DNA of 58,295 nt from Octopus bimaculoides (taxonomy: Eukaryota), in the NCBI RefSeq assembly GCF_001194135.2, contig NC_068986.1:73072535-73130829 (forward strand), given 5' to 3'. Under the pieces are notes generated by a model. It did not search any database. It saw only the letters and a list, made by a program, of their open reading frames with translations, and was not told where the DNA came from. Below are positions 12,883 to 24,275 of this stretch, piece by piece. The position numbers were made by a program, and so were the translations under genes. Position 1 is the stretch's first letter. Every line of letters starts with the position of its first letter.

Positions 12883-13117
12883 TAACTGAAAATCGTTTTA
12901 CAAGTTCCTGGAATACTTTTCATACAACTCTCAAATGATTATTTTCATTGCACCACATCTATTCAGAGCAAAAAGTACCAAAACTGTACTTGTAGTTGCA
13001 ATCATAATTTTATTTTTTCTACTTCTTTTTTCACTTGAAAATTTTTTGTAATGATTGAATATTTTCTTCAGAACAGATTCAAAGAGAAATGAATCAGATT
13101 CAAATAATACTAAAAAA

Positions 13118-13123
13118 AATAAA
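13118..13123 (+). terminator. Candidate poly(A) signal of gene A (AATAAA)
   Basis: First canonical AATAAA after the stop codon at 12882; lies in an A-rich tract at the edge of a repeat. Confidence 0.45.
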
Positions 13124-13150
13124 AAAAGAAATATATTTGATGCAGCACAG

Positions 13151-13206
13151 AATTTTGTCAGTGAACAGGTCGCAGTCTCAAAGTGACGAAAATATTTTGA
13201 CAAATT
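13151..13206 (+). ncRNA. Minimal type I hammerhead-ribozyme-like motif with G3:C8 core variant
   Basis: Stem I tttgtca/tgacaaa; core GUGAACA plus one extra G; stem II gtcgc/gtgac; GAAA; palindromic stem III AATATT; predicted cleavage between 13197 and 13198. Confidence 0.6.
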
Positions 13207-13849
13207 AAATTTAAATGTTGAAGTGAATCTAACGGTTTTTGTGTTTTATTTTAAATGGCTTATAAACACCTTCCACGCTGCAATTGTTTTCGTTCCAGCA
13301 CACGATCTCAGATCAAGTCACATGCTATGCAAGTACATCTCCGTAATGTGTTTATTGTTTGTGTGATTCTGTGTTTCTTTTTTTTTCCCTGCTTGTTGGG
13401 TCTGGAGGCAGTTTCAATGGCCTTTTGTAGACCTCTTAGATGGTGAAATTGATGTCAAATCTTTGCAAATCAACACCTGCAGGAAAAATCTTCTTGAGAG
13501 CCTGTGTTCTGGGTAGAAGTAATGGCCATAGTGATTAGTGCAGGGTTTGGAGAGTAGGAGTGGATTAGATGCACCAAGAATGATAAGTAGAATCACATGA
13601 CTAGCTATCTCTAAGAAACAGGCCATTATAGTAACGATGGAAAGACAGAAAGAGAAGACAGAGACTGGAGCATGTCTGCGAGTGACTTTATATCAATCAG
13701 ACAGGTGGTTCTTTTCTGGATGTGATTTTCCTAGATGTGAGACCAATACTGTATTGTGGGCCTAACCTGAACTTAGTAGAGTGTTAGTAACTGCTAAAAC
13801 ATGAAAGTTGGGCAAGATAAAAATACAGAAGTCATCATATATATATATA

Positions 13850-14070
13850 TATTTCTTTATTGCCCACAGGGGACTAAACATAGAGGCGACAAACAAAGGG
13901 ATTAAGTCGATTACATCGACCCCAGTGCATAACTGATACTTATTTAATTGACCCCGAAAGGATGAAAGGCAAAGTCGACCTCGGCAGAATTTGAACTCAG
14001 AAGGTAATGGCAGACAAAATACCGCTAAGCATTTTGCCCGGCGTGCTAACGATTCTGCCAGCTCGACACC
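13850..14070 (-). mobile_element. tRNA-derived SINE family 2 (gtcgactttgcctttcatcc core)
   Basis: Head gagctggcagaatcgttagc and conserved core. Other copies: 11590-11730(-), 11740-11945(-), 12050-12230(-), 26382-26570(+), 43840-43990(-), 44140-44550(-, two copies), 45112-45312(+), 48438-48615(+). Confidence 0.85.
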
Positions 14071-14227
14071 CTATATATAGTCATCATATATGTTTCGTGT
14101 TAAAAATAGATCTAGTAGCATTTATGTAAGAATTTTAAGTTGAAATTTGCATGTGAAACTCCTGGAAAACAATATCTAGGCAAATGATAGATCACTGTAG
14201 CATTTTAGAAAAGAAAGGCATAGAATT

Positions 14228-15160
14228 GTGAGCAAGAAAACCTGTGATGAACCTTTAAGCATAGATACTTTAGAAGCTGAGCTATATATAAGTGAACTTA
14301 TTTGGTCTAAGGATCTTATTTGCAATGTTGAATCTAGCTTTTTAATTGTGCTGTTCCTGAAAGTACTTTGGCCTACAAATTATAAACAGAGGACTCCAGA
14401 CTGCAAGTTAAATAAAGAGCAAATTTCTGCCTTATTCTTTGCAAATGCTGATGGCTTGCATCACCTGGAGGTCATAGATGTGAAAAATAAAACATCTCTG
14501 AAAGATATAAATCAACTAACCTCTTATATACACCAGTTCAAAGAACATGTGGTTTACTTCAGGAATCTTTTCTTGCTGGTTCTTCAAGTACTTAGTGTCT
14601 GATGTAAACTTCCAGACAAATATTCTGGAAGTTTTCTACAATAATGTAAAGGTATTGTTACCTCTTGACAATAGCCCTTCTAACATTAATGCAAAAATAG
14701 AGCTGGTAGAATTAAATATCACTTTTTGCCTCCATGTACATCTTAAGTTAGTGCACTTGGGGAGAGTTTTGTCTGCAAGAGACAATAAAAGAATATTTTT
14801 TTAAGAAATAATGATTAGGCTGTAGGATGAAACTAATGCAGAAAATACAAAGGTTGGGGATGGGCAGGACACTTCTGAATCTAAGAGCCTACAATATTAA
14901 GTCTGCCTTTTTTTAACTTTGCAAATGTTTGGAAGGAGTTGAAGATGATTTTAGCAAATGAGTGTAAAATATTGTTAAACAACACTAAACCTAATTATAA
15001 AAGCTCAGGCAAATTACTTTCAGCACACCTATGTAAAAGATAACAACTAGGAAACAACTGAAAATGATGTTCAGTAATGGCTTGAAATTAATAAAGGCGA
15101 TACTAGGTATCAAATTCTCAGTGATGAAGAAATTGCAGATGAGGTTCTTCCTAATTAGGC
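14228..15160 (+). mobile_element. Decayed pogo/Tigger-family transposase fragment
   Basis: Remnant motifs KEQISALFFANADG, WFTSGIFSCWFFKYLV and KVLLPLDNSPSN lie in different frames. Boundaries are approximate. Confidence 0.65.
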
Positions 15161-15824
15161 AGGAGAAGAAGAAAACATTGGGGAAGTGGAAGTTTTATAG
15201 GACAACTAACATGACCCCTGTGTATGGAATCTTCTGAACTTTTCAGTTCACTCCTACAGTGGCATTATGTGATTTTGAGACTTAACCTTACTATGAACAT
15301 ATTCAACATTTCATGGAGATAATAATTAAGAAACAATGTTAGTATGGAAAACAACTGAAGCTGTATCCTTTTCTTTTATGATAACTTTACTGACTCCCAA
15401 TCCAGTTTCATCTGTGGCCTGTTTAAAACCATCTAAAAGCAAACAGATAAAACCAGTGATTCCATCTGAGTACATTTCAAAAGTGTCTGAAGGTGGTGAC
15501 TTCCTAACACTTCTACCTTTAAATAATGAACAAAGACTGCTCTATTACCAACATGGTCTCAGCAAAACACTCCTCAACCACACAGTAAAAAGTTAGATAA
15601 AAATTACATGTTCTTTATTTTCATTTCATAAATGTGTGGTTTGCATATTGCTTTAAAGTATTTTTTTACATAAAAAAAAGTTGCTCTTTAGTTGGTTTTG
15701 ATTTTAGTTGATTTTGATTTTAGTCTGCATTAACAGACACACCTTTGTATTATTAACTCCTGTTAAATCAAGGGTTTACTATGTAATTTCTTTTTAAGAT
15801 TGAAAATATAAAACTCCTGTATTA

Positions 15825-15859
<35 letters not shown>

Positions 15860-15989
15860 TCACTTAGGTATTGTGTGTGTGGGTGTCTGCATACACACAT
15901 GCATGTGTTCATATGTTCCAGTGCATATGCATGTCTCTGTGTATTTGCAAAGGGTGTCATAAAAGTGGTCCTTCTGATCATTTGGTAGG

Positions 15990-16260
15990 CCCGCTTATGG
16001 GGCATAGGCAGAGATAATTGTAGCTTATACTATTCTGCAGGACTAGCCTGAGCTTAAGCACTCTATTGCATACCCTGACTACCTCTATGACCTTACCCAT
16101 CCATTTCCCTGCAAGGAGTATCCCTACCCTCACTACTCCATCACTGTTACCTTCCCAGAAGGTACCTTGCCTGTGAGGACCCTGGCTGAAGCTCCTCTCC
16201 ACCTTATCTCTTGTATGCAGCATACATCAACATGTCTCCGTTCAAGCATCTCTACAATCT
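15990..16260 (-). mobile_element. RTE LINE apurinic endonuclease fragment
   Basis: GNSDGVVRVGILLAGKWMGKVIEVVRVCNRVLKLRLVL resembles the APE-domain GVG-L...RI motifs. Confidence 0.65.
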
Positions 16261-17251
16261 CACTAGACCTACCTTTCAATGTGCCTACATTGACAGTGCC
16301 AACTCTAAAAACTGGGAAAGAAATGTGGGAGGAGGCATAGGGAGGGGAGATGTTATTCAGTGCCTGAAAAGAAGAAGGTTCCTGTGTTCATTTGACAGAC
16401 ATGCTACACCTGTCCTTACTTTCGACCTGTTATCATTCAAACATTCAAGTGTCTTAAGAATGTTACCCCTACTGAGGGTAGGAGTAGGTGTTAGCGGCGT
16501 TGTGAGTATAAGCATTACTGGTGTTGCAGATATAAATAAGTAAATCAATAAAGATAGATAAAGGGGAATATGAATACCAATTTGCCAATGTTAGATTAAG
16601 AAGGTGGGCAGCTAAACTAGTTGCATTTTTCCAAGGGGAGAGAGAGGGTTTCCGGTGAGAGAAGAGAAGAACAAGCATGCCTATACACACACCCACACAC
16701 AAGAACAAGCACACACACACACACACAAGACAAACATGCACACAGATAAGAACAAGCACGCACACACACACAAAGGAACAGCATGTATGTACAGCCCATT
16801 AGCTTTCTCTTTCCACATTGATACGTCCATGGAAATTACTGAGTAGTTTGTTCACAAATTTTGAGTGAAAACAAAAGGTAGGTGGGCAGCTAAAGTAGTG
16901 GCATTTGTCCTGGGAGGAGATTGCAGGTATGATAGAGGATACCACCAGTGAGGGAGGGGTTTCCGGTGAGAGAAGAGAGATATCCAGTGATAGTGTTGGG
17001 AGAAGAGAGATATCTGGTAATGGTGGTGGGAGAAGAGAGAGATATCAGGTAATGGTGGTGGGGCTGGTGGTTGTGGTGGGAATGGGTGGGTGCACCACGA
17101 ACAAGCAAGGGTTAACTTAGAGAGTTGGTACAAAAAATATGTAGTCAACTTGAGAACACAGGAGGGGAGGGGAGATTTCATTTAGAAAATTACATGAAAA
17201 ATTAAGGTGAAATGAAGGTTGAGAGAGATTAGGAAGTTATATATTGAAGGG

Positions 17252-17488
17252 TCAAGAAGTGGTAAATGTCCAAGTGAAGTGTATACTGCAGGCTACTCTT
17301 CAGGTAGAAGATATCTTGATTAAATGAAATGTTGCATTCTTGCAAGGAGGTAAATATTGATACTTGGAAAGTTCCAGGCATCAACATGTACCTCCTTGCA
17401 GCAATGTAACATTTCATCTAATCAAGATATCTTCAGCCTGAAGAGTAGCCTGCGGTATACACCTTGCTTGGACATCTACCACTTCTGA
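17252..17488. repeat. Long foldback (98-bp inverted arms, 87/98 identical, near-continuously paired centre)
   Basis: 17255-17352 is the reverse complement of 17389-17486; the centre pairs as ttgat/atcaa and cttggaa/ttccagg. Confidence 0.9.
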
Positions 17489-17521
17489 GGTTCCGCTTGC
17501 TATGAAACATATGTAGCTTGG
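17432..17521 (+). ncRNA. Type I hammerhead-ribozyme-like motif with canonical core and extended stem II
   Basis: CUGAAGA (17438-17444); stem II gtagc/gctat extended by gcgg/ccgc; GAAAC-ATAT-GUA, with cleavage predicted after 17515; weak stem I agc/gct. Confidence 0.6.
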
Positions 17522-18309
17522 CTTTTATCTATTCCATTCTGTAACTCATATATATNNNNNNNNNNNNNNNNNNNNNNNNNNNNNNNNNNNNNNNNNNNNN
17601 NNNNNNNNNNNNNNNNNNNNNNNNNNNNNNNNNNNNNNNNNNNNNNNNNNNNNNNNNNNNNNNNNNNNNNNNNNNNNNNNNNNNNNNNNNNNNNNNNNNN
17701 NNNNNNNNNNNNNNNNNNNNNNNNNNNNNNNNNNNNNNNNNNNNNNNNNNNNNNNNNNNNNNNNNNNNNNNNNNNNNNNNNNNNNNNNNNNNNNNNNNNN
17801 NNNNNNNNNNNNNNNNNNNNNNNNNNNNNNNNNNNNNNNNNNNNNNNNNNNNNNNNNNNNNNNNNNNNNNNNNNNNNNNNNNNNNNNNNNNNNNNNNNNN
17901 NNNNNNNNNNNNNNNNNNNNNNNNNNNNNNNNNNNNNNNNNNNNNNNNNNNNNNNNNNNNNNNNNNNNNNNNNNNNNNNNNNNNNNNNNNNNNNNNNNNN
18001 NNNNNNNNNNNNNNNNNNNNNNNNNNNNNNNNNNNNNNNNNNNNNNNNNNNNNNNNNNNNNNNNNNNNNNNNNNNNNNNNNNNNNNNNNNNNNNNNNNNN
18101 NNNNNNNNNNNNNNNNNNNNNNNNNNNNNNNNNNNNNNNNNNNNNNNNNNNNNNNNNNNNNNNNNNNNNNNNNNNNNNNNNNNNNNNNNNNNNNNNNNNN
18201 NNNNNNNNNNNNNNNNNNNNNNNNNNNNNNNNNNNNNNNNNNNNNNNNNNNNNNNNNNNNNNNNNNNNNNNNNNNNNNNNNNNNNNNNNNNNNNNNNNNN
18301 NNNNNNNNN

Positions 18310-18344
<35 letters not shown>

Positions 18345-18356
18345 AGTGTGTATGTA

Positions 18357-18389
<33 letters not shown>

Positions 18390-20071
18390 TTGTGTGTCTG
18401 TGTTTGTCTCCTCCAACATTGCTTGACAACCGATGCTGGAGTGTTTACGTCCTCGTAACGTAGCGGTTCGGCAAAAGAAGCCGATAGAATAAGTATTAGG
18501 CTTACAAAGAATAAGTCCTGGAGTCGATTTGCTCGACTAAAGGCGGTGCTCCAGCATGGCCACAGTCAAATGACTGAAACAAGTAAATGAGTATATATAT
18601 ATATATATATATGAAATAGTCTTGTTTCAGTTTCTGTCTACCAAATCCACCCATAAATCTTTGGCTGACATGCGGCTATAGTAAGAAGACGCTTGCTGAA
18701 GCCAAGACCATGTAGTAGCAAAGCGAACTTCTCCCATACAGCTCCATCTGTGCCTATATAGTCATCGATGTATTTAATTATTCATAATTATTCCTTCTTT
18801 TGCACATTTTTTCATCCAATCACCAAAATCATTAAGGCTCCTGTAGTTATCGTTCTTTAATTTTTATTTTACAAGAGTTACTGTTCTTGCTCCATTGTTG
18901 GATTTCCTATATTTGTAAAGAATGCTGTCAACGAAACTTTAGGTATTTACTATTTATTTATTAAAAAAACAAACAAAGAACATTGAACATTATAAGATTA
19001 TCAAAATATTGTCTGCAGTAGTGTCAGATATAGTTCGCAGGAGATTTAGCTGTTACCTACCTCTGAGTATAAAGTTTGCAATTTCATCATCACCCAATTT
19101 AAAAACACAAATATCAAAATTAGTTTATCGTACGTTGTTACTTCCTCCTCAATGACACATTTGATTACGCAAGAAACCATACCTTGTTTCGTTCATGTTC
19201 AAACACGATCGATCACACCCATAATGAAAGGCATTCCAACCGCAAATTATCCTATATTTCTAGGAGTATCTAGGATATACATTATAATGTATTCATCCTC
19301 TTTTTTAAAAGACGTTAGTTAGATACTAAGGAAATTTGCTGCTTTTAGCATGTCGAGAAATTGTATGTATTTGTGTTTCCTTCGATGGTTCGTTAAATAA
19401 TTATGTATTAAGGTTCACTGTGAAATTAGGCCCAAGTGGACCCTTTTGGCAGGCTCTGGTAGGGAAAGAACTGGTGAGTTTCATTATTAAACGATTCATG
19501 GGAATACGCTCCTCTTCTCTCTTACCAACGATAAATTAGCGGAAGTCTCTTTATCAAAAGGTAAACAACTTGTGTGTCTAGTCACAACTTGTTTACATAA
19601 TGGTTGGTATACTGTATTGGTTCTCTATAGATTATGGTTGGTACGTTATCCCAATTATGAGAATGATGTGTCTATTACAAGTTTAGTTATCAATAAGTAA
19701 TCTTCGATTACTTTATCGCCATCTCAGAAGTAGTGAGGTGAACCATTCTGATGAATTGTTTAAAAACGTTGAAGGCAACCGGTTCAATTCATATCCTAAG
19801 CTGCCGAAAAACACCCTCGTGGGACTAATTTTACAGCCAAATTTGGCCTAATGCGTTTTTTTTTTCAATATTTAATTTTGCTTGCAATAACTGGTTCTTT
19901 TGGCCAAACTATCGTTTCTCCAGCTGCCAAGATATGAAAACTCAGTGTAGTACGTTCCACATACGACAATTTTGCAAAAATATTTCTGACTGAAAATACC
20001 ATACATGCATGGAGTTACGATTTTATGCATCCAACAAAGTATTATTGTTAAGCTGAAACTGTTGCTAATGT

Positions 20072-20490
20072 AAAAAAAAAAAATAAAAAAAATTTGAATA
20101 GCGAAACTATGCAGCCCGAAGTTTTGTCAGTGAACAGGTCGCGGTTTCAAAGCGACGAAAATATTTGGTAATTTTTCAGATTAACACTCGCACGATCTTC
20201 ACTAGGGTGTTAGGGTTACGGTTAGGGACGGAATTCCCTAACCCAAACCCTAACCGTAAAACACTAACCCAAACCCTAACCCTAACCCTGACCCTAACAC
20301 GTGCGGGTGTTAATCTGAAAAATTACCAAATATTTTGACACAAATTAAATTTAAATGTTGAAGTGAACCTAACGGATTTATTATTTGTGTGTGTTCTTAG
20401 AAGGCTTATAAACATCTTCCCGCTGCAATTGTTTTTGTTTCAGCACACGATCTCAGATTCAGTCACTTGCTGTGCAAGTACATATCCATA
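20072..20490 (+). mobile_element. Penelope-like pseudo-LTR repeat (copy 2, interrupted by a MITE)
   Basis: Same sequence as 13110-13346 with a 161-bp insertion and an 8-bp duplication. Confidence 0.55.
20167..20327. mobile_element. Merlin-type MITE with internal telomeric (TTAGGG/CCCTAA) repeats
   Basis: 28-bp TIRs GGTAATTTTTCAGATTAACAC(T/C)CGCACG with one mismatch. Flanking AAATATTT duplication (20159-20166 and 20328-20335) is confirmed by the empty site at 13190-13197. Confidence 0.75.
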
Positions 20491-20595
20491 ACTATTTTTT
20501 CGTTTTCTGAAAAAGCAACGTTTTGGACATATGACACTTTTACATAATAGCAACGATATAAATTGCGAGTTCATGTGTTTATATATCAGGTAAGG
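20490..20595 (+). promoter_or_regulatory. Candidate non-coding first exon of gene B
   Basis: Strong donor CAG|gtaagg at 20590 downstream of a CpG-enriched zone (~19100-20500). The ATG exon of gene B starts at an acceptor, so an upstream exon is needed. Confidence 0.35.
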
Positions 20596-20605
20596 TAAAA
20601 CTTAA

Positions 20606-21567
20606 TCTGGCGGAATTCTGGTTTAAGCACTCCGGTTAATGTTTACTTGAACTCCCGATCACCAAAACAAGATTTTTCCCTCATAACTTTCAGGAAAACG
20701 TGTGTTATTTAAGGGCGATTTAGCTGGTGTTTTTAACACATCCCACGACCACCTGATACTGTTCACGTTTCTTTGTCACTCTGAAATGTATGTATGTTTT
20801 TCTATATTTTTCTCACCATAGACACATTCTATGGAATGATGATGCACCCAAGGGTGATCCATTGCTGGGATTTATGCAAAAAAATTCGNNNNNNNNNNNN
20901 NNNNNNNNNNNNNNNNNNNNNNNNNNNNNNNNNNNNNNNNNNNNNNNNNNNNNNNNNNNNNNNNNNNNNNNNNNNNNNNNNNNNNNNNNNNNNNNNNNNN
21001 NNNNNNNNNNNNNNNNNNNNNNNNNNNNNNNNNNNNNNNNNNNNNNNNNNNNNNNNNNNNNNNNNNNNNNNNNNNNNNNNNNNNNNNNNNNNNNNNNNNN
21101 NNNNNNNNNNNNNNNNNNNNNNNNNNNNNNNNNNNCCGCATATTTTGGAAACAAAAAATTCTGAAAAAAGTTAAAAATGAAGGAAATGGGGGTGGAGGGT
21201 GGTAATTTGGAAATGTTGATTTTTGCCAATTTTTTGCAGATTTGTATTCCCTGTGGCCGAAAAGCAGGGTTTGTGTCGAAAAAAAAAAAAATTTTAGGGT
21301 GGTTTTTGGGGTGGGGGACGAGCGGAAGTCTTGTCAAAATTCGGACTGTCTATTTTAAACTATGATTTTAAAAGAATTTAAAAAAAGAGTGGAAATTTTA
21401 GGATTGGTGGGGGGCAAGGGGAAGTTTACAAAATTTAAGAAAAAATTTCTTTTTCATAATTGTATGAATTTCTGTGTGTAGAAGACAAATTGGCAATTTC
21501 TTGAAAATTCCAAAAAATAAAAAAGTTATGAGGGGCTATATGGAGTGCTTAAACCAGATTTCTACCT
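20606..21567. mobile_element. Kolobok-like non-autonomous DNA transposon (spans a gap)
   Basis: Inverted repeats GAATTCTGGTTTAAGCACTCC / GGAGTGCTTAAACCAGATTTC; right end ...ACCT|TTAA; left end degenerate after TTAA. Confidence 0.4.
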
Positions 21568-23024
21568 TTAATCTTAATTATCAAATCTAGTATGAAGAGC
21601 AGTAAAAAAATCAACCTTAACTGGGTTTGAACTCAGACTATTGACAAACCAGGCTAGCGTTCTTGACAATAAGTAGTGAATTATAGAAGTGATATAACCA
21701 CTCCTTAAATCCAGATATCATGAGTTGTTTTAATTTTTAAAGAAAGATAGCTGTTGGTTAGCTCCAGGACAGCCCTGAACAAGTGAATCTATGATGAAAA
21801 GCGTTTCAGCCATGACTATTCTGTCTTTTTTTCTTTTAGACAATATTATCTAGTACATCTTTTTTTAAACTGCAGAATTTGGTTTGTAGATTTGAAGCTT
21901 GCTGACCATATAGAAAGAGATGGTTTGGTAAAATAGGGAAGTAAGGATGTTTTGACAGTTAGCTGAGAGATGAGTGGTACATAGTCTATTACTGATGGTC
22001 ATGACATTCAGCAATCCACATTGCTTAATGTTGTATAGCTCAGACCTTATTAAACAAACCTATATTCCAGCAATGGCAACCATCTCATCATTTTTACTAT
22101 GTGTACATGTGATTACTCAATGTGTTTTTCCTTTTGCAATACAGTAGGGACTGGATGCAGAGAAATTTGGTTACTATTTCTAACTGGTTGGGACCATGTA
22201 AGTAGAGGCTTACTCAATTGTTGTGTAGCCTTAGATTAACTGTAAGCTAGGTGACATATGTCACATGTATAACATTGTGCAACAAAATTGTTATTTTTTT
22301 CTTTGTCTTTTGTTAGTAAGCGTTATTTCCTATTTGTTTCTATCTAGAAATTAAAGGAAATGACTACTACTCCCTTCAAACTTTGCTTTTGTGACCTGGA
22401 CTTCAGTGTTTTGAAACTGACCTATTTTCCATTACATTTAAGACATTCAATGCTGAGTTGCTGAAGCAGAAATATTGTTATAGCAAATATTTAGCTCAAT
22501 ACCACAGATTTGCTTGTCAGTTGTTTGACCTTAACCAGTTGAGCACGTCCCTTAGTGGCTGACAATTTGTGCAGCTCTAATCATGAGCACAAATAGTGGG
22601 GGAGCATCATAGCCTTGTGTTGAGAGGGTATTCTTTGGGGTTTGCATAAATGTAAGAAAAGCAAAGTCTGAAGGAAATATTAGCCATTTTTTATATTTTC
22701 TAGGGGTAAACAAATAGGAAACAACAGTTGCTACCCAAGGACAAAAATCTGTTACACAGTGTAATTAGTTAAATGACTTTGCAGAAACTGCAAACCTTTT
22801 CCAGACATACAAGGTCTGTGTCTAGTTGAGGACCTTTACTGCACACTCCAGCATGTAGTGAAGATTCATATGAGGTACCTCCTTAAATAGATATAACAAG
22901 AGCAACAGTATTTGGGGTAGGTCTTTGAATAAATGTAATCAACAACAACATTATCAAATGATATGTAGGTTTATTTGTAGTTGTACTTTATTTATATTTT
23001 AGAGCTGTTTAATAACAGAAGACC

Positions 23025-23118
23025 ATGTCATTTTATAAAGAATACAAAGTGTGGAACACAGAACATAATGTTCAAAAGGAAGTGAAAGCAGAAAGTCGGG
23101 AAGATTTGCTCATTAAAG
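23025..23118 (+). CDS. DFFA-like: DFFA/ICAD-like CIDE-N gene B, coding exon 1 (MSFYKEYKVWNTEHNVQKEVKAESREDLLIK)
   Basis: Acceptor tatttttag at 23001-23002, ATG in gaccATGt context, donor AAAG|gtaaat at 23119. Same 94-nt coding length and phase as gene A exon 1. Confidence 0.88.
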
Positions 23119-24275
23119 GTAAATATGACTTTTTTTTGAAGATAGGATTGTTATTGAAATTTGTTCAAATCCAACGTAACTTCTAATTTATTTAGCTTCA
23201 AGTTAGCTCTGGCTGAGCAGACTTGTAATCAAGTTTTCCATTGTTCTGATAATTCTATCAATTTTGTAGTTATTTCTAATAGATTGAACAACCACATGGG
23301 GGTTCTCTTATTGATAAGTGACATTGACATCACAAATTACACTCTTATCTTGGTATCTCTAAATCATATTTGAAAGTGATATTGCTGTATTGTCATTATA
23401 ACTTGTACTAAGACCCTTAAATGAGATACATATTTCTTAAAGGCTTGTTGACTATGTAGAAGGATGAGGTTTGATAAGGTAAGAAAGTAAGGATGTTTGG
23501 ACAATTTGCTAAGGGATTAGTGGTCCATATTCTGTCACTGACATTCAGTATTTGCAAATCAGAACTGATTTAATGTGTTGGACATTCCTTTAAAGTCTAT
23601 CTAAAAAAGATCACATACAAATCATACATTTTATGCAAATGTCATTAATCTTTTATTAAAACTCAAAGTTGATGAAAGAAAATTCTAGTCTAACATATTA
23701 ATTGGACAGCTTAGATCACAGAAATTAACATTTAAAATGGATCTTTATCAGCTCTATACTGTCTGTTCTTGAAGAATATGAAACTTCTTGCACTGGGTTT
23801 GATATGTATGGATACCCATAATACTAGCAACAGCAGAAAATATTGCAATTTTAAACAGTTGCTGATCTTATGCAGTGCTGCAACAAATAATTGTGTATGA
23901 CACATGGTAGGTGCAGGTGATGCTCGTTTCCAGTCTTCCATGGTCAAGTATTACCTTACTTGGAAACATGTAAGAATTAGCAACAGGAAGGGCATCTGTC
24001 TATAGAAAATCTGTCTCAATAAATTTTGTCTGATCCATGCAAGCATGGAAAAGTGGACATTAAATGATGAGTGTGATGATGGCATACACATACACACATA
24101 CATTTAGTTACTAATGCTAACCACTTACCTATAATTTTCTTTCTCTTACTGCTGTCTCAATATTTGTTTTACACAACTAGTTGACTTTATATCATATTGA
24201 TTTAACCTTCCTCTTATTTTTATTGTCTCACCTCCATCACCAACTTTAGACTTAATCTGTTGGGACCCACTTTAA

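Larger units (their letters stand above)
13110..13346 (+). mobile_element. Penelope-like pseudo-LTR repeat carrying the variant hammerhead (copy 1, empty site)
   Basis: About 240 bp clearly homologous to 20072-20490 and containing the hammerhead fold. The PLE assignment is inferred from the ribozyme architecture. Confidence 0.5.

Noticed and set aside
20200-20300. Interstitial telomere or chromosome fusion scar (TTAGGG facing CCCTAA)
   Set aside because: The repeats are enclosed by TIRs and a TSD, and the empty site exists at 13190, so this is MITE content.
13110-20490. Shared 240-bp sequence as a relic of the gene A/B duplication
   Set aside because: It lies 3' of gene A but 5' of gene B, which are non-homologous positions; independent repeat insertions fit better.
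21136-21540. Unusual G/T homopolymer-rich segment
   Set aside because: Adjacent to a gap and resembles low-quality read sequence; not interpretable.
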